Shown in pieces: positions 27,354-38,036 of a stretch of 64,000 bases of DNA (the first letter of the stretch is position 1; the number at the start of each line of letters is the position of its first letter). The stretch comes from an uncultured cyanobacterium (GTDB lineage: Bacteria > Cyanobacteriota > Cyanobacteriia > Cyanobacteriales > CAWUOF01). The translations under genes and the position numbers were made by a program. The notes under the pieces were generated by a model. That model had not been told where the DNA came from and searched no databases. It saw only the letters and a list, made by a program, of their open reading frames with translations. The DNA is taken from NCBI GenBank assembly GCA_963744145.1, contig CAVUSO010000001.1:800001-864000 (forward strand), read 5' to 3'.

Positions 27354-29177
27354 TTAAGGTGAATAAGTAATGCTAAAATAAAAAGCTTTATCTTGAGCAT
27401 TATTACCGCGATCTTTAATACTAATGAAAGGAATTCCATAATCCATCCGGACATTAACATGAGAGACCGGTTCCCAAATTAATCCTAACCCACCTCCAAC
27501 TAAAAATTTGGTTTTGGGTATAGTATTAGGATTTCCCGGTTCATTCCAAACCTCACCCGCGTCCACAAAAGGAGCAAACTGCAAAACCGGAAGTCCCGAT
27601 TCATTCCGATCCATAGTAATTCGATCTTCTAAAGAAACTCGAAATCCATTGTCACCGGAACGAATATTTTGACGATATCCACGTAAAGATTGACCACCAC
27701 CAATGACAAATTGTTGGGAAGGTAATAGACTATCTGGAGTTAGTTGTAAATCAGCAGAAAGAATGACTAACTGATCATCACTCAAACGCTGTAAACGCTG
27801 AATTTGTCCTAACCAACTAAAAAAACGTCCATCCGGAATTGGGTGTTTATTAATGGTCGGATCAAATAAATCTACTCCTACACTAAATTGCGATCGCAAA
27901 GACCAAGCACCGGATAAATCTCTAGAAACATAATCCTGTCCAAATTTAAAGGTGCTGGTACGACTCACACCATTTTTATCTGGTCCTTGACCAAAAGGTG
28001 TGGGTCCAGAAAAAGTAAAAGTTTGTCCATCTTGATAGCTATAACCTAGAGAAAGAGCAAATTCTTTCCGAGGAGAGCGTAAGAAAGGTTGTCGATAACT
28101 AATTTCATAAAGTTGTGATTCTCCATGAATATTTAAGCTGGAAAAAGATGGTTCAGTAATATGGTTCCAATTGGGTGCTGCTCGTAATTGAATTGTACCA
28201 TTCATAGCATTAATGGGTAACCGATAGGTAAAATCTAAAACATCTGCACCACTATTAGTTGTGTGATTATAATCAGCAACAATTTGATCTCCTAATCCAG
28301 TTACATTATTATATCCTAACAATAAACCTAATCTTTCTGAACCGACACTTGGAGGGGAATAATTATCAGCACTAACGCTCCGAAAAAAGCGTTCATTTTC
28401 GGTAACACGGACAACCAGAATACTTTGACCAATAGCTTTACCTGCTTTCAAACTAGCTTCGACGTTTTTTAACAATGGATCAGCACGTAGTAACCTTAAC
28501 TGATCTTCTAAAGCTGCGGTATTCAGGGGTACTCCTGCTCCTAATAAGATCCGACTACTGATATAATTTTTCTTTAAATGTTCTGTTCCTTGCACCACAA
28601 CTTCAGAGAGGACACCTTCAATTACTCGGATTTGTGCTACCCCATTCGTAATAGTTTGATCAGCAACTATTGCTCTTGATGTAATATAGCCTTTATCTAA
28701 ATATAATTGGGTGATGTTATCAGCAGCTTTCCGTAATTCATCGATCGTAATATTCTGTCCTTCTAAAGGTTTAATAATCGGATTCAATTGCTGATCCCCA
28801 AAGATCGTACTACCAATGACTTCAATTTTTTTGATTGGGAACTTTTGACCAACTGGTATTGGTGCGGTCGTTGGTGCGGTCGTTGGTGCGGTCGTTGGTG
28901 GGGTTGTTGTAAGTGGTTTTTCCTTTGGACTAGATTCGGTTGGAGATGTAGGTTGTTGCAAAAAGCGATCGCGGTTAGGATCGGGTTGAAGTTGAGGAGG
29001 AGGTGCGGGAATATTCTCTCCTAGTTCTAAACCATTTTGGTGATTAACGGTCTGAATTGGATCAGAATTAACAATCTCAGAACTAGCACTAGCATCACTT
29101 AAGGTATTGAATATTAGAACTATGCTAGAAATTGACACTCCACACCAAAAAAATCCCAGATTGTTAGTCCAGTACAT
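27354..29177 (-). CDS. ShlB/FhaC/HecB (TpsB) outer-membrane transporter
   Basis: POTRA domains (YLDKGYITSRA), GGGQSLRGY motif and a barrel C-terminus. Confidence 0.93.
   Translation of the reverse strand: MYWTNNLGFFWCGVSISSIVLIFNTLSDASASSEIVNSDPIQTVNHQNGLELGENIPAPPPQLQPDPNRDRFLQQPTSPTESSPKEKPLTTTPPTTAPTTAPTTAPIPVGQKFPIKKIEVIGSTIFGDQQLNPIIKPLEGQNITIDELRKAADNITQLYLDKGYITSRAIVADQTITNGVAQIRVIEGVLSEVVVQGTEHLKKNYISSRILLGAGVPLNTAALEDQLRLLRADPLLKNVEASLKAGKAIGQSILVVRVTENERFFRSVSADNYSPPSVGSERLGLLLGYNNVTGLGDQIVADYNHTTNSGADVLDFTYRLPINAMNGTIQLRAAPNWNHITEPSFSSLNIHGESQLYEISYRQPFLRSPRKEFALSLGYSYQDGQTFTFSGPTPFGQGPDKNGVSRTSTFKFGQDYVSRDLSGAWSLRSQFSVGVDLFDPTINKHPIPDGRFFSWLGQIQRLQRLSDDQLVILSADLQLTPDSLLPSQQFVIGGGQSLRGYRQNIRSGDNGFRVSLEDRITMDRNESGLPVLQFAPFVDAGEVWNEPGNPNTIPKTKFLVGGGLGLIWEPVSHVNVRMDYGIPFISIKDRGNNAQDKAFYFSITYSP
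28861..28896. repeat. In-frame 12-nt tandem repeat, 3 copies (TTAP linker)
   Basis: GGTGCGGTCGTT x3. Confidence 0.9.
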
Positions 29178-29286
29178 TAGATTTTGACTTCCCGTGATGA
29201 AAGTTATTTTGAGGAAAACTGTAAGGATATAGGTTTGACATTGATATATTATGATCGATTTTAACTCGAAGATTTGGATTAGCCTG

Positions 29287-29898
29287 ATGATGAATCTTAC
29301 AGCTATAATCCTGGCTGGAGGTAAAAGTTCCCGGATGGGTCAAGATAAAGCGATGCTGATGATTGCTGGTTCTACTCTGTTAGAAAGAGTTTGTCAAGTT
29401 GCCCAAAAATGCACTCCCTTAGTCTATATCGTGACACCTTGGTCTGACAGATATCAACAACTTGGATCAGCAAGATATCGGTTGATTCAAGAATTACCTT
29501 TACCAGGAAAAACTACCTATGATGGACCACTATTAGGTTTTGTCCAGGGATTGGTACAGGTAGAGACTGAGTGGGTATTATTACTAGCTTGTGATTTACC
29601 TTGTCTAAAAGTTCAGGTTTTACAGGAAGGAATTGAGCAATTAGTTCATGTTAATCAGAATGCGATCGCGTTTTTACCCCGTGATCAGCAAAGATGGGAA
29701 CCACTCTGTGGATTTTATCGTCGTAGTTGTTTAGCAACCTTAACTAATTTTATTCAGCAGGGTGGAAGATCCTTTCAGCATTGGTTAGGGGAAAATCTAG
29801 TTGAGGAATTTCTGATTAGCGATCGCCAAATTCTGTTTAATTGTAATACACCTACTGATTTTAATTTACTGAAACCTGAAGATTTCCTTGATTTTTAG
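29287..29898 (+). CDS. mobA: Molybdenum cofactor guanylyltransferase
   Basis: ILAGGKSSRMGQDKA, ACDLP and FNCNTP motifs. Confidence 0.94.
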   Translation: MMNLTAIILAGGKSSRMGQDKAMLMIAGSTLLERVCQVAQKCTPLVYIVTPWSDRYQQLGSARYRLIQELPLPGKTTYDGPLLGFVQGLVQVETEWVLLLACDLPCLKVQVLQEGIEQLVHVNQNAIAFLPRDQQRWEPLCGFYRRSCLATLTNFIQQGGRSFQHWLGENLVEEFLISDRQILFNCNTPTDFNLLKPEDFLDF

Positions 29899-29994
29899 TG
29901 TGGTTTCCCTGTTCGCGATCGCTGCTAATATATCTTTAGTTAGGATTTATTCACCCTAGCTTTGGAGATATCTGAACCTTAACCTAAATTATCC

Positions 29995-30023
29995 TTGACA
30001 CTTGTTTGTAAATATGATAGGGT
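29995..30023 (+). promoter_or_regulatory. Sigma70-type promoter candidate
   Basis: TTGACA, 17 bp, then TAGGGT with an extended TG. Confidence 0.5.
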
Positions 30024-30097
30024 AAATATTATATTGTGTAAAATCAAAAATTTCCAAATAATTTATGATGATAATGTCCTGAAGTTAAAAAACAATT

Positions 30098-31108
30098 ATG
30101 GCCAATATATTAGTGACTGGAGTTGCTGGTTTTATCGGGTTTCATTTTTGCCAACATCTATTAGAAAGTGGTGAAGTAGTTAAGGGAATTGATAATCTTA
30201 ATAGTTATTATGATGTCAATTTAAAACAAGCTCGTTTAGAGCAATTAAAAAAATATAAAAATTTCCAATTTCAGCAGTTAAATCTCAGCGATCGACCAGG
30301 AATGACAGAATTATTTGCTCAGGTGGAACCAGAAAAGGTAGTTCATTTAGCAGCACAAGCAGGGGTGCGTTATTCTTTAGAAAATCCATCAGTTTATATA
30401 GATAGTAATTTAGTTGGATTTGGCAATATTTTAGAGGGATGTCGTCATACAAAAGTTAAACATCTAGTTTTTGCGTCTTCTAGTTCGGTTTATGGTGCAA
30501 ATACAAAAATGCCTTTTTCAGTCCATGATAATGTGGATCATCCCTTAAGTTTATATGCAGCTACAAAAAAATCGAATGAATTAATGGCTCATTGTTATAG
30601 TCATTTGTATCAAATACCAATCACAGGATTAAGATTTTTTACGGTTTATGGACCTTGGGGACGTCCGGATATGGCTTTATTTTTATTTACTAAATCGATT
30701 CTAGAAGGAAAACCAATAAATGTGTTTAACCATGGAAAAATGCAACGTGATTTTACCTATGTTGATGATATAGTTAAAGGAATGTTACTGGTCTTGAAGC
30801 GGATACCTCAACCTAACTTAAATTGGTCTGCGGATCTACCAGATCCCGGTACGAGTTTTGCTCCTTATAATATTTATAATATTGGTCATAACCATCCAGT
30901 TGAGTTAAGCAAATTTATTGAAGTTTTGGAAGATGCGATCGGAATCAAAGCACAAAAGAATTTTTTACCACTCCAACCGGGAGATGTCCTTGCAACCTAT
31001 GCAAATACAGAAGATTTAGAAAAAGCAGTAGGATTTAAACCGAGCATTTCCATTGAAGAAGGTATCCCTAATTTTGTGAATTGGTATCGTAGTTATTATC
31101 AAGTTTAA
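30098..31108 (+). CDS. NAD-dependent epimerase (UDP-glucuronate 4-epimerase type)
   Basis: [24 protein letters not shown] and [14 protein letters not shown] motifs. Confidence 0.94.
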   Translation: MANILVTGVAGFIGFHFCQHLLESGEVVKGIDNLNSYYDVNLKQARLEQLKKYKNFQFQQLNLSDRPGMTELFAQVEPEKVVHLAAQAGVRYSLENPSVYIDSNLVGFGNILEGCRHTKVKHLVFASSSSVYGANTKMPFSVHDNVDHPLSLYAATKKSNELMAHCYSHLYQIPITGLRFFTVYGPWGRPDMALFLFTKSILEGKPINVFNHGKMQRDFTYVDDIVKGMLLVLKRIPQPNLNWSADLPDPGTSFAPYNIYNIGHNHPVELSKFIEVLEDAIGIKAQKNFLPLQPGDVLATYANTEDLEKAVGFKPSISIEEGIPNFVNWYRSYYQV

Positions 31109-31153
31109 GGGGGATTAGCGATCGCGAATTTTTTGGAAAAAACAGCAGCTAAA

Positions 31154-32272
31154 TTAGCATGGTACTAATTTACCACCTTTAAGCAATTTTAATTTCTGTC
31201 CACGCCATTGGACTGTATTACCAATAAAGCCATAAACCCAAATAAAAAAGCTGACTAAATCACGTAGCGGTACTAACCAAATAAATTTTTTGGCGATCGG
31301 ATCACGAAATTGATTAACTGCAACTATCCAAACCATTAATAATCTTAAACTCCAGGTAATCCCGAAAACTGTCCAACCTAACCAAGAACCATTAGACACC
31401 AGTAAAAATAATAAGCTGGTACTTACTCCATTGGTAAAAATTAATCCCACATAACCCCAAGGTCTAGCATAGCGCATACAACGATACCAACGGATTTGAT
31501 GAGCAATCAGATCCAATAAATTGGGAGTATCGAGAAAATGTTCAACTAGATAGTCAGATAAAACTACTTGATAACCAGCTTGGGCTGGAAGATAACCCAG
31601 TTTATAATCATCTTGTAAATAATCGGCGATCGCGGCAAAACCACCAATTTCTTCTAATACTGATCTTTTGATGGCAATTCCTGCTCCAAAAGCAAATGTG
31701 ATACCTTCTAAATATCGAGCTACTAACACACTAGGTTGGAAATCACAGGAAATTCCCAGAGCTTCAAAAGTAGCTACCCACCCTTGAGTTAGGGAATTAT
31801 ACATACAGGTTACTACCCCCACTTGTGGATCTGCTAGGGGTTGCACAACTCGGCTCAAATAATCAGTCCCAACTTTGACATCACTATCAGAAATCAACAA
31901 AATTGAATACTTAGCTTTTTCTAAACCGTTGGCTAAATTACTGACTTTGAGATTAGTACCTATTACCCGGTCATTAATGACAAAATCAATGTCAATATTA
32001 GGAAAATCACTAATAATTTTTTCAACTACTTTTATGCCCGGATCTTGGCGATCGCGAATGGCAAAAACTACTTGATAAATGGGATAATCTTGCTGACAAA
32101 AAGATGCAATATTTTGATAGGTTAGACTATCAATTCCACAGAGGGGTTTTAAAATCGTGATCGGTGGATGAAAACTTGGATCAAATTTTCTGGGTTCTTG
32201 AAAAAACCTAATCGCGGCATAAATAGCAAAAATATAATAACAAATTGCTGCCCAGCAAAAAATTAATAACAT
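31154..32272 (-). CDS. hpnI: Hopanoid biosynthesis glycosyltransferase
   Basis: ILKPLCG, NLKVSNL and ISDSD motifs, in hpn cluster context. Confidence 0.9.
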   Translation of the reverse strand: MLLIFCWAAICYYIFAIYAAIRFFQEPRKFDPSFHPPITILKPLCGIDSLTYQNIASFCQQDYPIYQVVFAIRDRQDPGIKVVEKIISDFPNIDIDFVINDRVIGTNLKVSNLANGLEKAKYSILLISDSDVKVGTDYLSRVVQPLADPQVGVVTCMYNSLTQGWVATFEALGISCDFQPSVLVARYLEGITFAFGAGIAIKRSVLEEIGGFAAIADYLQDDYKLGYLPAQAGYQVVLSDYLVEHFLDTPNLLDLIAHQIRWYRCMRYARPWGYVGLIFTNGVSTSLLFLLVSNGSWLGWTVFGITWSLRLLMVWIVAVNQFRDPIAKKFIWLVPLRDLVSFFIWVYGFIGNTVQWRGQKLKLLKGGKLVPC

Positions 32273-32273
32273 C

Positions 32274-33113
32274 TTATCTCATTCCTTCACTGGCAGAAAT
32301 TAAAGCTACACCAATGCAAATAAACATCGTCCCAAATAACCGACCAGAGGAAACCTTTTCCTGTAAAAAATATCCTGCTCCTAATACACTCACCACATAA
32401 CCAAGAGCAGTCATGGGCATCACAAAACTTAGATCAGACCAACTTAACAAAGAAATAAACATAAAGAAAGCTATAGCCATACAAAAAACACCTAAGCCAA
32501 GATAAGGATTGATGATCGCACGACGCACCAGTTTAATTAATTCTGGCGATCGCTTAAATTCAACTTCTCCCACCTGTTTCATCCCTTTGCTTAATAAAAT
32601 ATCACCGATCGAATCAGATAATACCATTACCATGACTGCAAACCAGGTTTTAGAAACAGAAAAAGAAATCGGTAATAGGAAAAAGAACAAATTTTTTAGT
32701 TTATTTCTGATTTTGCTGAATATTTCTTTGCTCACCTCTGGATGTTCACCGATACTAACAACCGAAACACCTACAGAGACTATGAGAGTACCTACCCATC
32801 TCACTACAGAAATATTTTCACCTAAGATTAACCAAGCTAATACAGCATTCAAAACATAGTTCGATGCGGTCATCGGGAGCAGATAACTTAAATCTAACCA
32901 AGACAGTGCTACTAAGTAAACAAATAGAGCTATAATTAGAAAACCTACCCCCATCCAAATCCAAGGATTCATCAAAATATGTAGAGCAATATCTAACAAA
33001 ACAGCAGGATTGAGACTATTAACTTCGCCAATTTGTCCCATTCCATGACTTAAGCCAATATTACCTAAAGCTTGACAGGCAATTAGTAAGGAAATAATAA
33101 TAAGATTTTTCAC
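32274..33113 (-). CDS. EamA/DMT-family transporter
   Basis: Two repeats of LSWxDLS..P.TA..Y. Confidence 0.85.
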   Translation of the reverse strand: MKNLIIISLLIACQALGNIGLSHGMGQIGEVNSLNPAVLLDIALHILMNPWIWMGVGFLIIALFVYLVALSWLDLSYLLPMTASNYVLNAVLAWLILGENISVVRWVGTLIVSVGVSVVSIGEHPEVSKEIFSKIRNKLKNLFFFLLPISFSVSKTWFAVMVMVLSDSIGDILLSKGMKQVGEVEFKRSPELIKLVRRAIINPYLGLGVFCMAIAFFMFISLLSWSDLSFVMPMTALGYVVSVLGAGYFLQEKVSSGRLFGTMFICIGVALISASEGMR

Positions 33114-34034
33114 GATCGGATCTCTTGATTGTTAAAATTGGTTAACTCAAACCCACAAGTAAAAAGCAGATCACGAACTTTTTCACTGACTAAAGCATTT
33201 AATTCTGCTTCACCTAAACCGAGGGGACTATTACTTGGTTCTCCAGCTATAGCGATCGCAGGATGGGAATAAATTTCGACTAAATCTGCTTGAATTTGGG
33301 GAATCAAACCGAGAAGATAATCTTCTGTCATTTGACCGGTTTGGAGTAATCCATAGACAGATTCAACTAAACCAATATTTTTGGCTTTCAATAATTTCTC
33401 TCCCTGAACGTCTTAACGCACTAAACACCAAAGACCAAACTAATTTCATCAAGAAATTCCGCGAATCAATCTTTAAGGTAAACTGCAATTCTTCTTGTGG
33501 TAATCTAATGACTTTAATTTTAAACTCTTCGGCTAAATCGATAATTGTTTGTAAGACAAAAGGATGACAATGAAGGTGTAAATGTCCATCAACATGGGAT
33601 AAAGTTAAACCAGTTTGACGAAATTTTTCTAACTGAGCGCGAATTTCTTGAGGTAATTCTGCTCTAGCACCTGGGTGAAACTGATAACGTAAACCAGTCA
33701 TCAGTGGATCATTGGGAAAATTACCTTCCCGATCGACTAAATGAGGAATTTGACTCGGAGGTAAGACTGATTTACCACAACCCACAACTAGATGTAAACC
33801 TACTGCTAAATGGGGACGTTGACGAGCCATTTCTACTGCTTCCGGAAATGCTGCTCCTGTTACCATTAAACTGGTACTGGTGAGGATACCGCGATCGTAA
33901 GCTTCGATAATAGCACGATTAACTCCACTGGAAAACCCAAAATCGTCACCATTGACAATCAGTAAACGACGACGAAATAGATTATTTGGATTAGCAAGAG
34001 TATTTAGATCGGAAATTAAGTTTTGACTCATCAC
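33110..34034 (-). pseudogene. hpnK: Hopanoid biosynthesis protein HpnK (YdjC deacetylase), +1 frameshift at 33402-33404
   Basis: NGDDFG, VGLHL and HVDGHLHLH, then a second frame with YGLLQTG..EIYSHP. An extra G in TCAGGGAGAG may be a sequencing error. Confidence 0.85.
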
Positions 34035-34054
34035 TCATGGGTAAAAAACTGGCA

Positions 34055-34121
34055 CTGTCTTAGTAGGGGCGTATAGCTATACGCCCTGTCTTAGTAGGGG
34101 CGTATAGCTATACGCCCCTAC
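34055..34121. repeat. REP hairpin GTAGGGGCGTATAGCTATACGCCCCTAC with a 31-nt tandem duplication
   Basis: Read directly from the sequence. Confidence 0.85.
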
Positions 34122-34158
34122 AGGATTTTCATACCCTGATTAAGCAACGCATTATTCC

Positions 34159-35664
34159 TTATACTTGGACTGGGGTTCCAGCTTTAGTATGGGCTGAGGT
34201 TTGTTGAAGACGACGTTCTCGCAGATAGGAGAAAAATTCACCCCCTTCTCGCAGACGACGAATCAACATTTGCCGATCGCCTAGCATTTCCCGCACAATG
34301 GGAATAATCGCTTGAGGACGGAAGTAAAATTTGCGGTACATTCTTTCTACCCCATCTTCAATTTTTTCTTTAGATAGATTGGGATATTGCAGAGTAGAGG
34401 TTTGAATGCCAGAATTAGCGACTAAAGTATGATCCGCAAACCAACCATTTGCTTGAGCTTGAGCATAAAGTTCAGTTCCGGGATAGGGAGCTGCGATCGA
34501 TACTTGAATGGTATGGGGACTAATATCACAGGCAAAATTAATAGTTTCTTCAATGGTTTCTGGTGTTTCCATTGGTAATCCTATGATAAAAGTGCCATGA
34601 ACCGTAATCCCGAGTTTATGACAATTTTGCATAAACTCCCTGGCTACTTCTAATTTGATCCCTTTTTTAATCCGGTTTAAAATTTCTTGGTTACCCGATT
34701 CAAACCCAACTAACAGTAACCTCAACCCATTATCGCGTAATTGTTTTAAGGTATCATAATCCAGATTAGCTCGGGCATTACAACTCCAGGTGAGGTTGAG
34801 TCGTTTCAGGTATTCACTAATTGCGATCGCGCGGTGCTTATCGATGGTAAAAGTATCATCATCGAACATATATTCCCGGACGCGATCGCCAAAAATTGAC
34901 TTAGCTTCTGCCATCATTTGACCAACTGCTGCTGGACTTTTAGCCCGATATTGATGTCCACCAATAGTTTGGGGCCAAAGACAGAAAGTGCATTTAGCTG
35001 GACAACCTCGTCCAGTATAGAAGGAAATATAAGGGTGCAGCAAATAGCCGATGAAATATTTCCGAATATCTAAATCACGATCATAGACTGGTAAAACACT
35101 GGGCATCGCATCCCAATCGTGAATTAATTCCCGATCGGCGGTATGCTGAATTTGGCCATAGCGATCGCGATAGCTCAGTCCTTTAATTTGATCCCAGGGT
35201 TTTCCTTGGGCTAACTCCAGGCAAGTATAATCAAATTCATGACGACAAGCAAAATCAATGATCGGATGATCTTGGAGAGTTTGTGCTGGTAATACCGCTA
35301 CATGGGCACCAATTAAGCCCACCTTCACCTGGGGATTTTGGGCTTTAATCGCTTCAGCACACTTAACATCATTAGCTAAAGAAGGGGTACTGGTATGTAG
35401 AATCACCAGTTCGTAATCCTGAGCAATTTTCAGGACATCATCAACAGTTTGCCCATGGGGAGGAGCATCGATCAACTTGCTACCGGTTACCAGTGCTGCG
35501 GGTTGTGCTAACCAGGTAGGATACCAAAAAGAAGTAATTTCCCGTTTAGCTTGGTAACGGGCTCCAGCACCACCATCAAACCCATCAAATGAGGGAGGAC
35601 TAAGAAAGAGGGTTTTTTGCACGCATTTCTCCTGTTCAGATTGCTGATTGGTACTGTCAATCAA
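34159..35664 (-). CDS. hpnJ: Hopanoid biosynthesis radical SAM protein
   Basis: FDGFDGGAGARYQA and RGCPAKCTFC motifs. Confidence 0.95.
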   Translation of the reverse strand: MIDSTNQQSEQEKCVQKTLFLSPPSFDGFDGGAGARYQAKREITSFWYPTWLAQPAALVTGSKLIDAPPHGQTVDDVLKIAQDYELVILHTSTPSLANDVKCAEAIKAQNPQVKVGLIGAHVAVLPAQTLQDHPIIDFACRHEFDYTCLELAQGKPWDQIKGLSYRDRYGQIQHTADRELIHDWDAMPSVLPVYDRDLDIRKYFIGYLLHPYISFYTGRGCPAKCTFCLWPQTIGGHQYRAKSPAAVGQMMAEAKSIFGDRVREYMFDDDTFTIDKHRAIAISEYLKRLNLTWSCNARANLDYDTLKQLRDNGLRLLLVGFESGNQEILNRIKKGIKLEVAREFMQNCHKLGITVHGTFIIGLPMETPETIEETINFACDISPHTIQVSIAAPYPGTELYAQAQANGWFADHTLVANSGIQTSTLQYPNLSKEKIEDGVERMYRKFYFRPQAIIPIVREMLGDRQMLIRRLREGGEFFSYLRERRLQQTSAHTKAGTPVQV

Positions 35665-35716
35665 TGACAGGTATTTACCTTGACAGTACCAAATTGAAAA
35701 TAATATTCTCGATAGT

Positions 35717-36538
35717 TTACTTTTTCATACCAGCAACCCGTTGGACGAGAGCCATGACCATACTGCGACTGAGTTTATCTTGACCATGAACTAACGCGTC
35801 AATCGTAGCATGGGCTAAGGTTAGGGGGATTTGGCAAAAGTCCAAAACTGGTCCATTGGGTAAAAGCTTTGTATAAGCATCAGCCAAAACTAAATTACGA
35901 CGTGCATAATTTTGCATATCGCTTTCGACCCAACCATCTGGGAAGAAATCAACACCCCGTTGCTGATCTTCTCTGTGATTACGGAGAATATTGACTGCTT
36001 GTAAACCCCGACCAAAACCGATCGCTTGAGCCCGGTTAGTTTTAGTGCCATCATACCAAGCCCAAAGATCTGAAAGCAGTAATCCAACTGCACCAGCAAC
36101 TCCGAAAGTATAACGATCTAAATCTGCTTCTGTATGAATTTTCCAATTACAGCCCGCCCAATAAGCCATCCGATCAGCCATTGCCGCAGTTGCATCCCAA
36201 ATTCGAGGACCGATGGAGGGGGACGCAAGTAGAGCCCATTCCCCAATCCGAACTGTTACTTCTGGGAGGGAAGCTTCCTGCTTGCTTAATACTAACGATA
36301 AGTCTTTCAAGACCAAACCATCACTGGCAGCTTGTAAGGTCAAGCTAATTATTCGCAATAGTTTTGCCTTCGTAGCGTTGTCCAGTTCTGCATGATCCTC
36401 AATTTCATCAATAGCACGCATACATAGATAAGCAGAAGCAACACTCTCTTGCAATCCCATGGGTAAACGGCTAATTGGGATATAAAAAGTCCGACTGGTT
36501 TGTTTGAGAATCTCTAATGCGTCTTGTGGCAAATCCAT
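35717..36538 (-). CDS. Squalene/phytoene synthase (probably squalene synthase)
   Basis: TSRTF, RAIDEIED and LQAVNILR motifs. First gene of the hpn cluster. Confidence 0.9.
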   Translation of the reverse strand: MDLPQDALEILKQTSRTFYIPISRLPMGLQESVASAYLCMRAIDEIEDHAELDNATKAKLLRIISLTLQAASDGLVLKDLSLVLSKQEASLPEVTVRIGEWALLASPSIGPRIWDATAAMADRMAYWAGCNWKIHTEADLDRYTFGVAGAVGLLLSDLWAWYDGTKTNRAQAIGFGRGLQAVNILRNHREDQQRGVDFFPDGWVESDMQNYARRNLVLADAYTKLLPNGPVLDFCQIPLTLAHATIDALVHGQDKLSRSMVMALVQRVAGMKK

Positions 36539-37050
36539 CCGTTCAACTCCTCTAATTTTTCACCCTGACAGTCACTAGCTCCTGGTTAGGGCAACCATTG
36601 TCTGCGCTGTGGCATTGATTCGCCTCTTTGCTCCCCTGTTAATAGCCGTTAGGCAATTACCAGATTAATCTGATTAGCTTAATTTGGGCTAGTGGGGTAG
36701 TAGGGCGTGCCGGGTCATTACAGCAAAATCTCTGGACATTAGCTATTCTGTCAGCTTTTAGCTCACCGCAGGCTAATGCTAGTCTGCGTTATCGCCAATT
36801 ATGGCCCTGATTGGGTTTTCGATTAGCTGAAGTTTCCCAGTCTTACTCATATTTTTTGATGTTGATATTGTCATACTACTCTGTCTCCGGTTTTTTCTGT
36901 GCCCTTATGCGTCTTTCACCTTTGTCAGCGTTTTTGATCATTGTTTCAGCAATTTTTGGTATAATAAGGGGTTATTTACCATATTTGACTGAAATCCTAT
37001 TGTTAACAAAATGTTACCCAATAGTATCAAATCTGTTTTCCACGTCAACT

Positions 37051-37321
37051 AAGTGTTAGCACTAGCTAGACCTGGGGTCAGCAGACTTCTTGCAAAAATA
37101 ACTAGGACAGGCAAGATGCCTGTCCCACAAGGGTTTTTTTGTTGTGGGACAGGCATCTTGCCTGTCCAAAGTGTTAGCACTAGCTAGACCTGGGGTCAGC
37201 AGACTTCTTGCAAAAATAACTAGGACAGGCAAGATGCCTGTCCCACAAGGGTTTTTTTGTTGTGGGACAGGCATCTTGCCTGTCCAAATAAATTGATCAC
37301 TATGACTTTTGTAAGAGATCT
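37051..37321. repeat. REP-doublet MITE (family B) with a 118-bp tandem duplication
   Basis: GGACAGGCAAGATGCCTGTCCCAC...GTGGGACAGGCATCTTGCCTGTCC. 37051-37168 is repeated at 37169-37286. Confidence 0.9.
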
Positions 37322-37339
37322 AGCCTAGTTAGGATGTTT

Positions 37340-37900
37340 TTAAATGAGCAATTCACCATAATCTTTTAATAAATTCTGTAAAAAATTAGCCGCTGTTACC
37401 GCTGTATAAATCTCTGTACCTCGGGAGTTTTGGCTAATTTGCCATCCGGTCACTGTCTGGGGCGATCGCCATAGATCTAAATGTTCCACTTGTGGATCTG
37501 CATAAAAATTCTCTTTTCCTGAACCGAGCAGAGCCGAACTCCAATGAGTGAAATAATCATGGCTCAAACGAAAAATCGGAAAATTTCCCCCTAATGGTAC
37601 TCCCCACCCGTCTACAGCGATCAATGCTTTGACTTTTCTCCCCTGACCTACCCAAACCCAAGCTGCACCAATTGCTCCCACCACACCAGCACTAAAACCA
37701 ATAAAAACTAATTCTGTTTTTACACCTGATCTACCCAAAAATTGCCAAATGTCAATCGCTGAATAAGCAGGATAATCTTGAACTGGAAAAATCAATATCT
37801 GGTTTGATTGACAGAAATTTCGCCAATTTTCGGACAATCCCTGTAAAAATTGCTCGGTTAGGAATGGGTCATGGATACCTGGACAAATGACAATACTCAT
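37340..37900 (-). CDS. Alpha/beta-hydrolase-like hypothetical protein
   Basis: IGFSAG nucleophile-elbow motif. Confidence 0.7.
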   Translation of the reverse strand: MSIVICPGIHDPFLTEQFLQGLSENWRNFCQSNQILIFPVQDYPAYSAIDIWQFLGRSGVKTELVFIGFSAGVVGAIGAAWVWVGQGRKVKALIAVDGWGVPLGGNFPIFRLSHDYFTHWSSALLGSGKENFYADPQVEHLDLWRSPQTVTGWQISQNSRGTEIYTAVTAANFLQNLLKDYGELLI

Positions 37901-38036
37901 GGTTGACTTGATCTAATCGGAATTTATCCCCCCCCTAGGGATGTTAACATAAAGATTGGATGGACTTGTGGGAGAATCCTCAGCCCCCCTTGGGCATCAC
38001 CTTGATTTCCAGATTATCCAAGAGAAGGAGTAAGAA

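Noticed and set aside
37062..37274. 70-aa ORF here and the 98-aa ORF at 41952..42248
   Set aside because: They are read-throughs of REP/MITE repeats.
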